A stretch of 63,889 nucleotides of DNA, filler included, from Acidimicrobiia bacterium (GCA_041619515.1; 3 parts of 3 records of this genome joined end to end with filler, not necessarily neighbours in it), one strand, 5' to 3'; shown: positions 1 to 10,225, counted from the first letter of the whole stretch. The notes: generated from the letters alone by a model not told the origin. Made by a program: numbers and translations.

Positions 1-303
1 CTGGGTGAACTCCAGGTTGGCGAACGGGGTGGCGCCTGCCGCCCAGATCTTCTCCAGCTTGTTGACCGTCCAAACCTCTTCGATGGTGTGAAAGAGGCCG
101 CCGAAGGACGCGTCCCGCCAGGCGTTGCCGGCGATGTCCTCCAGCTCCGTTGTGTAGTTCGAGGTGAGCGGATACAGGCCGCCGTGCACCGTTCCGGACC
201 CGACTATCCAGGTGGGAGGCCCAACCGCCTCTGCGCTGCGGGTGATCGTGGGAAGGGCCGACAGGAGGACCAGGGCGAGCATGGGCACGGCGATTCTGCG
301 CAT
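1..303 (-). CDS. Secreted protein, 5' part only (runs off window start); possible glycoside hydrolase
   Basis: Manual translation from ATG at 303: MRRIAVPMLALVLLSALPTITRSAEAVGPPTW...KIWAAGATPFANLEFTQ. Signal peptide with an A-x-A site, open to position 1. Not in the ORF track because no stop lies in the window. Confidence 0.7.
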   Translation of the reverse strand, partial: MRRIAVPMLALVLLSALPTITRSAEAVGPPTWIVGSGTVHGGLYPLTSNYTTELEDIAGNAWRDASFGGLFHTIEEVWTVNKLEKIWAAGATPFANLEFTQ

Positions 304-352
304 GGGCCAGACATCGGCGAAACCACGAAATCCTGAAGAGTATGCTCCCGCC

Positions 353-1342
353 GTGTCGCCCACCGTGTCCGTCATCCTGCCCGTCTTCAACGAGGCCGGC
401 TTCCTGGACTCGTGCCTCGCCAGCCTGCACGAACAGGATTATGACGGCTCCATCGAGATTGTCGTTGCCGACGGCGGCTCGACCGACGGCACCCGGGAAC
501 ACCTGGAGGCGCTCGCCGCCCGCGGCCGGCTGCGTCTGGTCGACAACCCCAGGCGCCGCCAATGGGCCGGCCTCAACCTGGCGGCCGCAGCCGCCACCGG
601 AGAGATCCTCGTCCGGGTCGACGGACACTCCACCTACGCCTCCGACTACGTCGACCGCTCGGTGGCCGCGCTGCTCGAGTCGGGCGCGACCGCCGCCGGA
701 GGCCGGATGATCCCGCACAGCGAGACACCCGTGGGGCGCGCCATCGCGTCGGCGATGGCCTCACCGTGGGCAGTCGGCCCGGCCCGCTACCGTCATCAGG
801 ACCACCCCTCACCGGTTGACACGGTCTACCTCGGGGCGTTCCGAAAGACCGATTTCGACTCCCTCGGCGGGTATCGCGACCTGCCCGGGGTCGCCGAGGA
901 CGCCGACCTCTACTACCGCTGGCGCCAGCAAGGGGCGGTGGTGCTGCTCGACCCCGCCATCCGATCCAGCTACCACCCCCGAGACAGCTGGCTTGGTTTG
1001 GGGCGCCAATACTTCCGCTACGGGTGGGGCAAGGCCGACATGCTCTACGCCAACCGCATCTTTCCGAGCATGCGGCCGCTGGCGCCGCTCGGCCTCGTGA
1101 TCGCCATGACGACCGCCGCGGTGGTTGCTGCGCTCACCCCGCTGCGGTGGCCCCTGCTCCTGCTGTTGGTGGCGTGGGGATTGGTGCTGGCCCGGGTGGC
1201 GATCGGTGCCGGCAACGGGCCCGTCCATCGGCTGCGCACCATGCTGGCGGCCGCGACGATGCATGCGTCCTACGGCGTCGGACTCCTCGCCGGCCTGCTG
1301 CGCGGCCCCGGGCCGCGCCGCCACCTGAGAGCTCAATCATGA
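353..1342 (+). CDS. Glycosyltransferase family 2 (ExoA-like) with C-terminal TM helices
   Basis: SVILPVFNE, DGGSTDGT, RVDGH (DxH), AEDADL and YFRYG motifs. Start moved to GTG 353, which follows TATGCT at 341-346. Confidence 0.9.
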   Translation: MSPTVSVILPVFNEAGFLDSCLASLHEQDYDGSIEIVVADGGSTDGTREHLEALAARGRLRLVDNPRRRQWAGLNLAAAAATGEILVRVDGHSTYASDYVDRSVAALLESGATAAGGRMIPHSETPVGRAIASAMASPWAVGPARYRHQDHPSPVDTVYLGAFRKTDFDSLGGYRDLPGVAEDADLYYRWRQQGAVVLLDPAIRSSYHPRDSWLGLGRQYFRYGWGKADMLYANRIFPSMRPLAPLGLVIAMTTAAVVAALTPLRWPLLLLLVAWGLVLARVAIGAGNGPVHRLRTMLAAATMHASYGVGLLAGLLRGPGPRRHLRAQS

Positions 1343-2478
1343 GGCGTGTGGTACCACTCGCGTACTCGTGAGCTCATGAGCCGGACCGGCAGCCAGGCCA
1401 AGCCGAACACCACCAGCAGGGGGTAGCGCCATAGGTAGCGAGCGGGAACCCCGTCCCGGACCAGAAACACGATGGGGGCGAGCACTTGCACGGCTGCCAC
1501 CAGTGCCCACACCGGCCAGGGCCACAGCAGATCGGTGAACCAGGCGCCGATCGCCAGGGCAGCGGATAGCCCCACCATGAACGTGCGGCTCGGCTGAATT
1601 TGCCGGATGACGAGATCGACGGGTCCCCACGACCGGCGCCGCAGTGCCGCGACGATCATCTTGCGGCGATAGGCCCTCGACACCGCCCGCCTCCCGGACA
1701 TCCAGCGGGCGCGCTGGCGGAGCGCAACTCCCATCGACGCGGGCTTCTGGTCGTACGCGCGGACGTCATGCAGCCAGCCGACGCGGCGCCCCGCCAGCAA
1801 GAGGCGAGCCGCCTGATCGGAGTCCTCGGTCAGTGCCTCGCCGACCGATTCCAGCACCCACGAGGCGGTCGGAGCAAAAGCCGTGCCGGTCCCGGCGAGA
1901 TCGGGGGCCCACCCGAGGTTGTGGCGGGCGAGTTGCACCATGCGATTGCTGGCCCAGTAACTCAAGGCCGAGGCGGTGGTGAGCCATGACCGGTCGGGAT
2001 TGGAGGTGTCGACGTATGCCTGGGCGGCATCGAAGCCGCCGTCGAGGGCATCGGCCAGGCCCGCCAGGAACCCGGCACCGACCCGGTTGTCGGCATCGAG
2101 CACCACGAGGGATTCCTCGCGGCCGAGGGGAGATTCCGCCAGGTGCCAGGCGATGGCCGCACCCTTGCCGTCCGGTCCGTGGCGGCGTTCGACCACCTCG
2201 GCGGATCGGGAAACCATCGCCGTGTCGTCGGTGCATCGGTCGGCAATCACCACCACCCGCATCAGGTCGGCCGGGTAGTCCTGGACGGCGAGATCCGAGA
2301 GGAGAGAACCGATGACGACGGCCTCGTTGTGGGCCGGGATGACCACTCGAATGGGTCGGAGGCGTGCGCCCCGCCGGATGGCGGCCGGATTCTTGAGCCC
2401 CCACATCGCCACCGCCAGGTTGTAGGCGGCGAGGGCGGCGACGACAACCTGGGAAACCAGCAGAAGCATGCGTAACAT
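1333..2478 (-). CDS. Glycosyltransferase family 2 (cellulose synthase-like, membrane-bound)
   Basis: VVIPAHNE, ADRCTDDT, LDADN, LTED and QRARW (QxxRW) motifs, flanked by TM segments. Confidence 0.9.
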   Translation of the reverse strand: MLRMLLLVSQVVVAALAAYNLAVAMWGLKNPAAIRRGARLRPIRVVIPAHNEAVVIGSLLSDLAVQDYPADLMRVVVIADRCTDDTAMVSRSAEVVERRHGPDGKGAAIAWHLAESPLGREESLVVLDADNRVGAGFLAGLADALDGGFDAAQAYVDTSNPDRSWLTTASALSYWASNRMVQLARHNLGWAPDLAGTGTAFAPTASWVLESVGEALTEDSDQAARLLLAGRRVGWLHDVRAYDQKPASMGVALRQRARWMSGRRAVSRAYRRKMIVAALRRRSWGPVDLVIRQIQPSRTFMVGLSAALAIGAWFTDLLWPWPVWALVAAVQVLAPIVFLVRDGVPARYLWRYPLLVVFGLAWLPVRLMSSRVREWYHTPHD

Positions 2479-2507
2479 CGCAGCCCGCAGGCTACCCGGG
2501 ACTATCT

Positions 2508-3599
2508 ATGACCGATTCAAGCACCATCGTCGTCGCACTCGGCACCCGTCCCGAGATCATCAAGCTGGCACCGATCATCCGATTGCTGGGAGACCAGGCC
2601 AGGGTGGTGCATACCGGACAACATTACGACACCACCCTCTCGAAGGTCTTCTTCGATGCCTTCGGGCTGGACGAGCCGTCCCACCGGCTGGAAATAGGAG
2701 GCGAGACGCGGGCCACTCAGATCGGCCAGGCAACCGCCCGGATCGGACAACACCTTTCGGAGCAGCCGGCAGCGGCGGTGATCACCCAGGGTGACACGAA
2801 CACGACGGTGGGGGCGGCGCTGGCGGCCAATGCCACCGAGACTGCCCTTGTGCACATCGAAGCGGGCCTCCGATCATTCGACCGGGCGATGCCCGAAGAG
2901 CACAACCGGGTGGTGACCGATGTGCTGTCGGACTTGTGCTGTGCCCCTACCGAGGTCAGCCGCAAGAACCTGCTGGAAAGCGGCATTCCGGCGGACCGAA
3001 TCGTCGTCACCGGCAACACCGTCGTCGAGGCGGTGCATGCGCTGCTACCGGCAGATCGCGCTCCCTACCTGGAGCGCTACGGCGTGGCTCCGGCAGAATA
3101 CCTGCTCGCCACCTTTCACCGTCCCGAGAACGTCGACCGACCCGATACGCTCGCCGTCATCCTCGAGGAGCTGGGCTCACTGGCACTCCCCACCATCTTG
3201 CCGATGCACCCGCGGACCAGGGCACGGGTCGAATCCTTCGGACTGGGGCACCTGCTCGAGCAGCTCCACGTGGTTGAACCGGTGGGATTCCAGGAGTTCC
3301 TTGCCCTCTCCGCCGAATGCGGCGCCCTGGTGAGTGACTCCGGTGGCGTGCAGGAGGAGGTGAGCGTTCTGAAACGGCCGGTGCTCGTCGTGCGGAACTC
3401 GACCGAGCGACCGGAGGTCCTCGGGACGTTCGCCGAGCGGGTGCTGCCTGGTCCCGACATCAGCCGGATCGTCGGCGGCTGGATCGCCGACCTGCCGGCC
3501 CTCCACCAGCGCCTGTCCTCGATCCCCAGCCCATACGGTGAGGGTGACGCCGCCGAGCGATCGGTGGCCGCCATCCACGCCCTCCTGGAATCCGCCTGA
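2508..3599 (+). CDS. wecB: UDP-N-acetylglucosamine 2-epimerase (non-hydrolysing)
   Basis: GTRPEIIKLAP, HTGQHYD, QGDTNT, HIEAGLRS, PEEHNR, SDSGGVQEE and TERPE motifs. Confidence 0.95.
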   Translation: MTDSSTIVVALGTRPEIIKLAPIIRLLGDQARVVHTGQHYDTTLSKVFFDAFGLDEPSHRLEIGGETRATQIGQATARIGQHLSEQPAAAVITQGDTNTTVGAALAANATETALVHIEAGLRSFDRAMPEEHNRVVTDVLSDLCCAPTEVSRKNLLESGIPADRIVVTGNTVVEAVHALLPADRAPYLERYGVAPAEYLLATFHRPENVDRPDTLAVILEELGSLALPTILPMHPRTRARVESFGLGHLLEQLHVVEPVGFQEFLALSAECGALVSDSGGVQEEVSVLKRPVLVVRNSTERPEVLGTFAERVLPGPDISRIVGGWIADLPALHQRLSSIPSPYGEGDAAERSVAAIHALLESA

Positions 3600-3705
3600 C
3601 CGTGCACGGCCGACACCTGCGGGGGCCGGACCAACCGTGGCCCTACCATTGGCTGCCGAGCAAGGAGTTGGGCATCCAGGCGCACCCAGCCAGTGTGAGG
3701 ATTTG

Positions 3706-5292
3706 ATGCGAATCGCCTACGTTGCAGCCCATGTCCCCCGCCGCCGCGAGCTGGCGTCCGGCCCGTTCGACGCCGAGTGGATTGTCGACGAGCAGGGCTC
3801 CAACGACTTCACGGTGTTTGCCGACTACGACAGCGACGGGACCGACCTGCTCCGAGCCGCGGACGTGCCGGTCTTCGTCTCACCGAAGCGAGTGGTGCCG
3901 CGGGCCGACGGCATGGCCGACACCGCCGAGCAATACCAGGCTCGACTCCTCCTACACCAGCATCTGGCCGAGCCCTACGATGCCATCCTCTACGACTCTG
4001 CTCAGACCACCGATTGGGCATGGCACGAGCCCCGGCTGGAGCGGATCCCGCGGGGGGTGGTCCTCGGTGCGGGCCCGATGAGGGATATTCGAATCGTGAC
4101 TGCGTCGCCCTCACTGTTCGCCGCCCGGGGCAGGCGCTTGTGGGCTCTCACCGGATTCCTCATGTCGGCGGATTTCCTGGTGAGCGACGTGGGAGCGGCG
4201 GCCTACGGCCTCGAGGAAGCGGGACTTCCTCCCCGCTATTCGGTTGGTGAGCCGGCGGCCGGGCCTCCCGCCGAAGAGCCGGCGGGCGTGCTGGCGCTGG
4301 TAGCCATGAGTGAGGATCCGGCCGGGCTGGCGTCGATCGTGGAGAAGGCCCTCGCCCGGGTGCCGAGCGACGACGACACCATCGTTGCCATCCTTCATCC
4401 CGACATCGCCGGCGGCGCCGAGACGACCCGGGACATCGTCCTCGAAAGCCTTCCGGAACGCTTCCACGACCGCGTCCGGGTGGCCGAGCCGTCGAGCGAC
4501 GGGGTGGCTGAAGGGTTGCTCGCCCAGGCCGACGTCGTGGTCGCCGCCCGCCCATCTGATATCGCCGTCCGGGCCGTGATGGATGTCGCCGCCAAGGTCG
4601 GGGGGGTTGTCCTGGCCGGAGATGAAACGCATTCTGCTCCCCGGCTATCGGAGTCAAAGCTCCGCAAGATCGAGCATCGGCCACCGCTGCTCGTCCCCGT
4701 CGACCGCCCGCTCGCCGAGGTCGTCACCGCAATCGATGAAATCGACGACGCTCCGGCTGCCGTCGTGCTCCACACGCCGGACGGAGCAGCCCCGGCGCGG
4801 CGCCTGTGGCGGCTTCCGGGAGTGTCACGGGCCGGCCTCGTGCTCGTGTGCGACACCGGCCCGTATCTCGGCGAAGCCGACCCGGCCCGGCCCGCCTTCA
4901 GCCTGCTCGGCTTTGGAATGGACTCATGGCCCTCCGTGCGCCGGCTCGCGCTGCACGCCCGCACGCTGCATGAATTGGTGGAGGCTGCCGCCAGCCTCTC
5001 GCATGCGGACCGGGCGAACCTGCTGACGCTCCCGATCCTCGGAGCGAGTCACGGCACCTTGCCGCCTGCCGTTGCCGGGCTCCCCGCCTGGGTCACCGAC
5101 GTCGGCAGCCTCCCGAAGCCCAACCTGGCCGGGATCGGAGCTTCGACGCCGGTCGCTTCCGGCTACCAACACGAGCCGGCTGCCGCCAGCATCAAGCATT
5201 GGGTCGAGACCCACGGCTTCCGGGACCGCGTTCGCCTGGCGCTGCCGTGGAAGTGGGGACTCTTGAACCGGGCGATGAAAGACCGCTGGTGA
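3706..5292 (+). CDS. Hypothetical protein, possibly a degenerate glycosyltransferase-fold protein
   Basis: GAGG RBS then ATG 3706 (MRIAYVAAH, a GT-B-like first strand). GTGA overlap with the next gene. Coding-like codon use. Confidence 0.65.
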   Translation: MRIAYVAAHVPRRRELASGPFDAEWIVDEQGSNDFTVFADYDSDGTDLLRAADVPVFVSPKRVVPRADGMADTAEQYQARLLLHQHLAEPYDAILYDSAQTTDWAWHEPRLERIPRGVVLGAGPMRDIRIVTASPSLFAARGRRLWALTGFLMSADFLVSDVGAAAYGLEEAGLPPRYSVGEPAAGPPAEEPAGVLALVAMSEDPAGLASIVEKALARVPSDDDTIVAILHPDIAGGAETTRDIVLESLPERFHDRVRVAEPSSDGVAEGLLAQADVVVAARPSDIAVRAVMDVAAKVGGVVLAGDETHSAPRLSESKLRKIEHRPPLLVPVDRPLAEVVTAIDEIDDAPAAVVLHTPDGAAPARRLWRLPGVSRAGLVLVCDTGPYLGEADPARPAFSLLGFGMDSWPSVRRLALHARTLHELVEAAASLSHADRANLLTLPILGASHGTLPPAVAGLPAWVTDVGSLPKPNLAGIGASTPVASGYQHEPAAASIKHWVETHGFRDRVRLALPWKWGLLNRAMKDRW

Positions 5293-7169
5293 GCCAGCCT
5301 GCCCCCGGGCATGGCGGCCGATGGCCGAAGGTCTCGGTTGTCATCGGAGGACGGCGGGGCGCCCCGGCCGGCCGACATACCGCGGCCTCGGTCGACGCCA
5401 GCGACTACGAAGGGGAAATCCAGGTCCTGATCGGAGCGGCGGACGAAGCGGGCACGGCCGCCGAGATCATCAACTCCCATGCGGCTGAATCGGCCGGTCC
5501 GTTGCTCATGATCCTTCATCCCGGCTCGACGCTCGACCCGCGCTGTCTGCGGAGACTCGTCGTCAGGATGCAAGCCGACGAAACCCTCGCCGCGGTGGCG
5601 CCGCAGTGGCGCGCGCCGGATGGAGGTTTGCTGGCACCGAACGGCTACCTGTCCGCCGACCGGCCGCTTCGCACCTTCTTGCAGGGCGGCCGGAACCCGG
5701 CCTCGGTGATCAGCTCACCGAACGCCATCGACCTCGACGCCACGGGGTCGATGCTCGTGCGGACCCGGGATTTCTTTGCAGTGGGAGGGCTCGACCTCCG
5801 CCTCGACGGCACTCCGTATCTCGGAGCCGACTTCGGACGGCGCCTGGCGCAATTGGGCGGCGGCATCGAAGTGGAGACCCGGGCCGTCGGCTTCGCCCCC
5901 TCCCGTCCGGCCGGTCCTTACCGCCTGCCGGGATACGCGCTTGTGACCGAGCCGACCGGGCACAGCCCGGATCGTCGGCCCACCCCGACCCGCATTCTGT
6001 GGGCTGCCGCCCACCTGCCCGACCGCGACCGGTCCGGAGTCGACGCCCGTCACCTCGAGATGCTGGAGGCTCTCGTACAGACTGGGGCCGAGGTGCTGGT
6101 GTGGGCGGAACACGACAGCGGAAACCGGACCGTGACCGGATACCTCGAATCAATCGGTACCCGCTGGATCGCGCCGCCTCCCGACCGGCGCTGGAACGTC
6201 GGCCCGGCCGCCGCCGCCGGTAGATGGCTGCGGGATCTGCTGGCGGGGGGTCACTGGGACATGGTGCTCATTGCCGAGCCGCGCCTGACCGGCTGGGTCG
6301 TTCCGCAAGCCCGGGCGGTGGCCCCCCTCACCCGCCTCGTGGTCGACCTCGGAACCGTCCGCTTCCCGAAGGCCCACGGGCCGGAGGGCTCACCCGACCG
6401 CGAGATCGAAGACGACTCCATCGCGATCGGCGACACCGATGGGGTCATTGCAGCCACCGGACCGGACGCCTCGGTGGTGAGCGCCTCGCATCCCGAACTG
6501 CCGACCCACGTCTTCCCCGCCCTCGGCCGCGGCCCGCGATCGAGCCCTGTGCCGGGGCGGGAGCCCGGGCTGCTCTTCGTTGGTGACCTGCTGCACCGCC
6601 CCAACCTCGAGGCCCTCGAGTGGTGGATCGAGGTGGTGGCGGCCCGGGTCGAAGCTCAGGCCGGGCATCCGGCGCCCCTGCGCGTGGTCGGGCACGGCTC
6701 GGAGGCGCACAGGTCCGCCTGGAGACAGCCGGGTAAGACGGAAATCGCCGGCTGGATGCCCGCCATCGAGGCCGAGCTCGCCGCGGCCCGCGCTCTCGTG
6801 GTGCCGCTCACCTACGTGACCGGTACCGGGGGAAGGATCGTCTCGGCCCTGAGGAGCGGCCTGCCGGTGGTGGCGTCGGGCCCGGCGGCGGCGGTGCTTC
6901 CCCCCGCACTGGCCGATCTGGTTCTCGTCGGCAATAGCGCCGACGAATTGGCGGGCCACATCGGCCGGCTCCTGACCGATGCCGCCTACCGGGGCGAGGT
7001 GCGGGCTCAGATATCGGCAGCCGACGTGGGCTCCATGGTGGAGCGGCGGCGGGAACAACTCCACGACTGGCTGGCGGCGATCGATCCGAGGCCGATTGAA
7101 GACCCGGTGGAGGCTATCCGGACGCCTGGTAGCCGTCGAGAACCTCCCCGGCGGTCCCGAGCATCTTGA
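5289..7169 (+). CDS. Bifunctional-type glycosyltransferase (degenerate GT2 + GT4-like C-terminal domain)
   Basis: PKVSVVI...FFAVGGLD at the N-terminus. LLFVGDLLHRPNLEALEWW...VVPL...GTGGRIVSALRSGLPVVAS at the C-terminus. GTG start overlaps the upstream stop. Confidence 0.75.
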   Translation: MSQPAPGHGGRWPKVSVVIGGRRGAPAGRHTAASVDASDYEGEIQVLIGAADEAGTAAEIINSHAAESAGPLLMILHPGSTLDPRCLRRLVVRMQADETLAAVAPQWRAPDGGLLAPNGYLSADRPLRTFLQGGRNPASVISSPNAIDLDATGSMLVRTRDFFAVGGLDLRLDGTPYLGADFGRRLAQLGGGIEVETRAVGFAPSRPAGPYRLPGYALVTEPTGHSPDRRPTPTRILWAAAHLPDRDRSGVDARHLEMLEALVQTGAEVLVWAEHDSGNRTVTGYLESIGTRWIAPPPDRRWNVGPAAAAGRWLRDLLAGGHWDMVLIAEPRLTGWVVPQARAVAPLTRLVVDLGTVRFPKAHGPEGSPDREIEDDSIAIGDTDGVIAATGPDASVVSASHPELPTHVFPALGRGPRSSPVPGREPGLLFVGDLLHRPNLEALEWWIEVVAARVEAQAGHPAPLRVVGHGSEAHRSAWRQPGKTEIAGWMPAIEAELAAARALVVPLTYVTGTGGRIVSALRSGLPVVASGPAAAVLPPALADLVLVGNSADELAGHIGRLLTDAAYRGEVRAQISAADVGSMVERRREQLHDWLAAIDPRPIEDPVEAIRTPGSRREPPRRSRAS

Positions 7170-7851
7170 TGCGGCCCCGGTCGAGCCACATGGCCCGGGT
7201 GGAGACTTCTTGCAGCAGCGGGATCGAATGGGAGACGACCACGACCGCCGACCCGCCGTTGATGAGCTCGAACATCCTGGCCTGAGACTTGGCTCGAAAT
7301 GCCTTGTCGCCGACGGACAGCACCTCGTCGACGACGAGGACCTCCGGTTGGATGTCGGTCGCCACCCCGAACGCCAGCCGGGCCATCATGCCCGACGAGA
7401 AGCTGCGGGTGGGCACGTCGACGAACTCCTCGACTCCCGCCCATTCGACGATGGCTTCGACCCGGTCGCGCATATGCCGGGGATCGCGTCCGAGCAGGGC
7501 TCCGTAGATGATGATGTTCTCCCGAGCGGTCAGCTCGGGATTCATCCCGGAACCGAGCTCGATCATCGGAGCAACCTGGCCCCGTACCACCACCCGGCCT
7601 GAAGTCGGGGGCAGCACTCTGGCGATGATCTTCATGAGCGTCGACTTCCCGGCCCCGTTTGGGCCGACCACGCCGAATATCTCGCCGCGCTCGACGCTGA
7701 AGGAGACGCCGTCGAGGGCGTGGATCGATTCGACGGTCCGCTGGCGCCGAAGCGTGCGCACGGCCGCCTCCTTGATCGTGCCGACGTTCGCCCGGTCGAG
7801 CCGGTAGCGCAGCGACACATCGTGCACCTCGATGGGCGAGGGCGCCGTCAC
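7114..7851 (-). CDS. wzt: Polysaccharide ABC exporter ATP-binding subunit (Wzt/TagH-like)
   Basis: GPNGAGKST Walker A, FSSGMMARLAF signature, VVDEVLSVGD Walker B and VSH. GTG 7851 overlaps the wzm stop. Confidence 0.9.
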   Translation of the reverse strand: MTAPSPIEVHDVSLRYRLDRANVGTIKEAAVRTLRRQRTVESIHALDGVSFSVERGEIFGVVGPNGAGKSTLMKIIARVLPPTSGRVVVRGQVAPMIELGSGMNPELTARENIIIYGALLGRDPRHMRDRVEAIVEWAGVEEFVDVPTRSFSSGMMARLAFGVATDIQPEVLVVDEVLSVGDKAFRAKSQARMFELINGGSAVVVVSHSIPLLQEVSTRAMWLDRGRIKMLGTAGEVLDGYQASG

Positions 7852-8690
7852 AGCCGCACCACCACCCTGCGCCAGTTGCGCGAGAACACGTACACGCCGA
7901 GGACGAGCGCCGCCACCGACGCCCCGGCCATCATCAGGAGCGTCCACGCAGGCGGCGTGGGCCCCCCGTACACCCACCAGCGGAACACGACCAGGAAGCT
8001 GTAGACAGGATTGGCTTGCACGATGATCTCAGCCTTGGTGCCTTCGATGAAATCGATTGTCCAAAAGGTGGGGATCAGGTAGTTGAGGAGCTGGGTGACC
8101 ACCCGCGAGATATCGAGCACGTCGCGAAAGTAGACGGCCGCCGAGGCGATCAGCAGCCCGAGCCCGGTCACCAGCATGAGCATGAACACGAGCGGAATCG
8201 GCACCAGCACGACGGTCCAGGGAATCCCCTGTCCGGTTGCCAGCTGGAGGATGAACAACGGCAGCAGGCTGAGGACGAAGTGAGTCGCCGCCGCCACCCC
8301 GGCCGAGAGTGAGAAGATCTCCGGCGGGATGTAGATCTTGATGAGGATGTTGCGACTGTTGACGATGGCAGACCCGGCAGCGATCACCCCCTGCGAGAAG
8401 TAGGTGGCCATGAGGATGCCGGCGGTCAGATACACGACGTACGGTTCCCCGAGCACCCCGCCCCGACCGAAGAAGTTGGAGAACACGATCCACAGCACCG
8501 CGATCGTCAGCATCGGGTTGAGGATCGTCCACCACACGCCGAGGACGGACCGCTTGTATCTGACGGTGAGGTCCCGGATCACGAGCAGCCGAATCAAGCC
8601 CCGGTATCGCCAGAAGTTCTGAAACTCGGTGATGAGGGGCCGGCGGCGTAGGTCGGAGTCGTAAACGACCGTGGATTGCACTGCGGTCAC
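7848..8690 (-). CDS. wzm: Polysaccharide ABC exporter permease (Wzm/TagG-like)
   Basis: RDLTVRYKRSVLGVWWTILNP, YFRD and ANP motifs, about six TM helices, adjacent to wzt. Confidence 0.9.
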   Translation of the reverse strand: MTAVQSTVVYDSDLRRRPLITEFQNFWRYRGLIRLLVIRDLTVRYKRSVLGVWWTILNPMLTIAVLWIVFSNFFGRGGVLGEPYVVYLTAGILMATYFSQGVIAAGSAIVNSRNILIKIYIPPEIFSLSAGVAAATHFVLSLLPLFILQLATGQGIPWTVVLVPIPLVFMLMLVTGLGLLIASAAVYFRDVLDISRVVTQLLNYLIPTFWTIDFIEGTKAEIIVQANPVYSFLVVFRWWVYGGPTPPAWTLLMMAGASVAALVLGVYVFSRNWRRVVVRL

Positions 8691-8779
8691 GGGCCAGCAT
8701 GGTACCCGCGGTGCGAAGATCGGCCGTGGTTTGGTGGACCTCCGCCCGCCGGGATGCCCGGTGGTCTACGCTGCAATCC

Positions 8780-10225
8780 GTGCACCACGACACAGGACCT
8801 CGACGCGCATTCCTGCTTGCTTCGCTTGGAACCCTGCCGCTGTTCGTCTGGTGGCTGGGATGGTTCCCCGGGTTCATCTCCCCAGACTCCCTCGACCAGC
8901 TGCGCCAGATCCAGACCGGCGATTTCACCAACGGGCACCCGGCGTTTCACACCATCACGATGTGGCTCATCACCCGGGTGTGGGACAGCCCGGGCGCGGT
9001 CACCCTCGTTCAGATAGCCGCGCTCGGCCTGCTGCTCGCCGTCGTCGCCAGGCGCCTCGTCGAGCTGGGAGCCCCGCGTTGGGCAGCCGTGGGCGCCGCC
9101 TGGCTCGTTGCGCTGTCCCCGGCGGTCGGCCCGACCGCCATCAGCCTGTGGAAGGACGTGGCATTCACCGTGGCCTTCCTGTGGGTGTTTGCCGAGCTGC
9201 TGATGCTGGCTCGCCTCCACAGCGCCTACTGGTGGGACGCCCGGAATCCGATCCGGCTCGGGGCGGCGCTGGCACTCGTGTGGCTCTCCCGGCACAACGG
9301 CCTGCTCACGGCGTTGCTGGTGGTGGCGGTGCTGGTGTGGATCAACCGGGCAAGCTTGAGTCGCCTGGCGCCGACCGTGCTCACGCTCTTGGCGATCGTC
9401 GCCGTGGTGCAGGGGCCCGTCTACTGGATGTTCTCGGTGGATCGCTCGAAGCCCGCCGCCGCCGAGGTACTGATCCCCGTCGTTGCCTCCTCCTTCCTCC
9501 ATGAGCCCGATAACTTCTCGACCGATGAGCTCCGGCTGCTGTCATCGATCGCTCCGCTCGAGGTTTGGCAATCCCGATACGATTGCGACAACGCCGACCG
9601 GCTCCTCTTCGCCCCCGAGACGAACATCGATTCGATACGGCAGGACTCCGGCGCGTTCCTTCGGCTCGGGATCCGGGCGGCGGTGAGGGATCTCGACACC
9701 ACCATGGGGCTCTTCTGGTGCCGGGCCTCCTTCCTGTTCGCCCCCGGCCAGCCCGCCGATGCCTACCTGCAGCGTCCCCCGTTCGAGATCCCGCCGAACG
9801 ACCTCGACGTGGTCCGGTCTCCTGTCTGGTCGCCCGCCTTCGACGTCACCCGCCATATCTTCCAGAGCACAGAATCGAGCTCCTGGCTGTGGCTGACTTG
9901 GCGGCCGGCCATCGTCATTTGGTCGATGCTGGCAACCTATGCGCTCTTAGCCCGCATACCTGCGACGCGAGCGCTGCTGATTCCCGGAGCGTTGCTCGGG
10001 ATCCATCTCCTCAACGTCTCGTTCACATCTCTCAACCACGAGTTCCGGCTGGCCTTTCCCCTATACGTGGCGGGGCTGCTCAGCCTGCCCCTCCTGTGGT
10101 TCGCCCGCCACCCGGGTGGCCTCGCGCAGCCTGAGGCCGGCCACGTAGCGATGGGGCGGACGCTCCTTCACGACAATGTCACTTCCGTCCGGGTCCGGCA
10201 ACGGGAGTCCGAACGCGTCAAATAG
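8780..10225 (+). CDS. Polytopic membrane protein, GT-C/DUF6020-like
   Basis: FPGFISPDSLDQ...NGHPAFHT first loop, LWKD and RHNG motifs, many TM segments. Start set at GTG 8780 behind TACGCT. Confidence 0.7.
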   Translation: MHHDTGPRRAFLLASLGTLPLFVWWLGWFPGFISPDSLDQLRQIQTGDFTNGHPAFHTITMWLITRVWDSPGAVTLVQIAALGLLLAVVARRLVELGAPRWAAVGAAWLVALSPAVGPTAISLWKDVAFTVAFLWVFAELLMLARLHSAYWWDARNPIRLGAALALVWLSRHNGLLTALLVVAVLVWINRASLSRLAPTVLTLLAIVAVVQGPVYWMFSVDRSKPAAAEVLIPVVASSFLHEPDNFSTDELRLLSSIAPLEVWQSRYDCDNADRLLFAPETNIDSIRQDSGAFLRLGIRAAVRDLDTTMGLFWCRASFLFAPGQPADAYLQRPPFEIPPNDLDVVRSPVWSPAFDVTRHIFQSTESSSWLWLTWRPAIVIWSMLATYALLARIPATRALLIPGALLGIHLLNVSFTSLNHEFRLAFPLYVAGLLSLPLLWFARHPGGLAQPEAGHVAMGRTLLHDNVTSVRVRQRESERVK

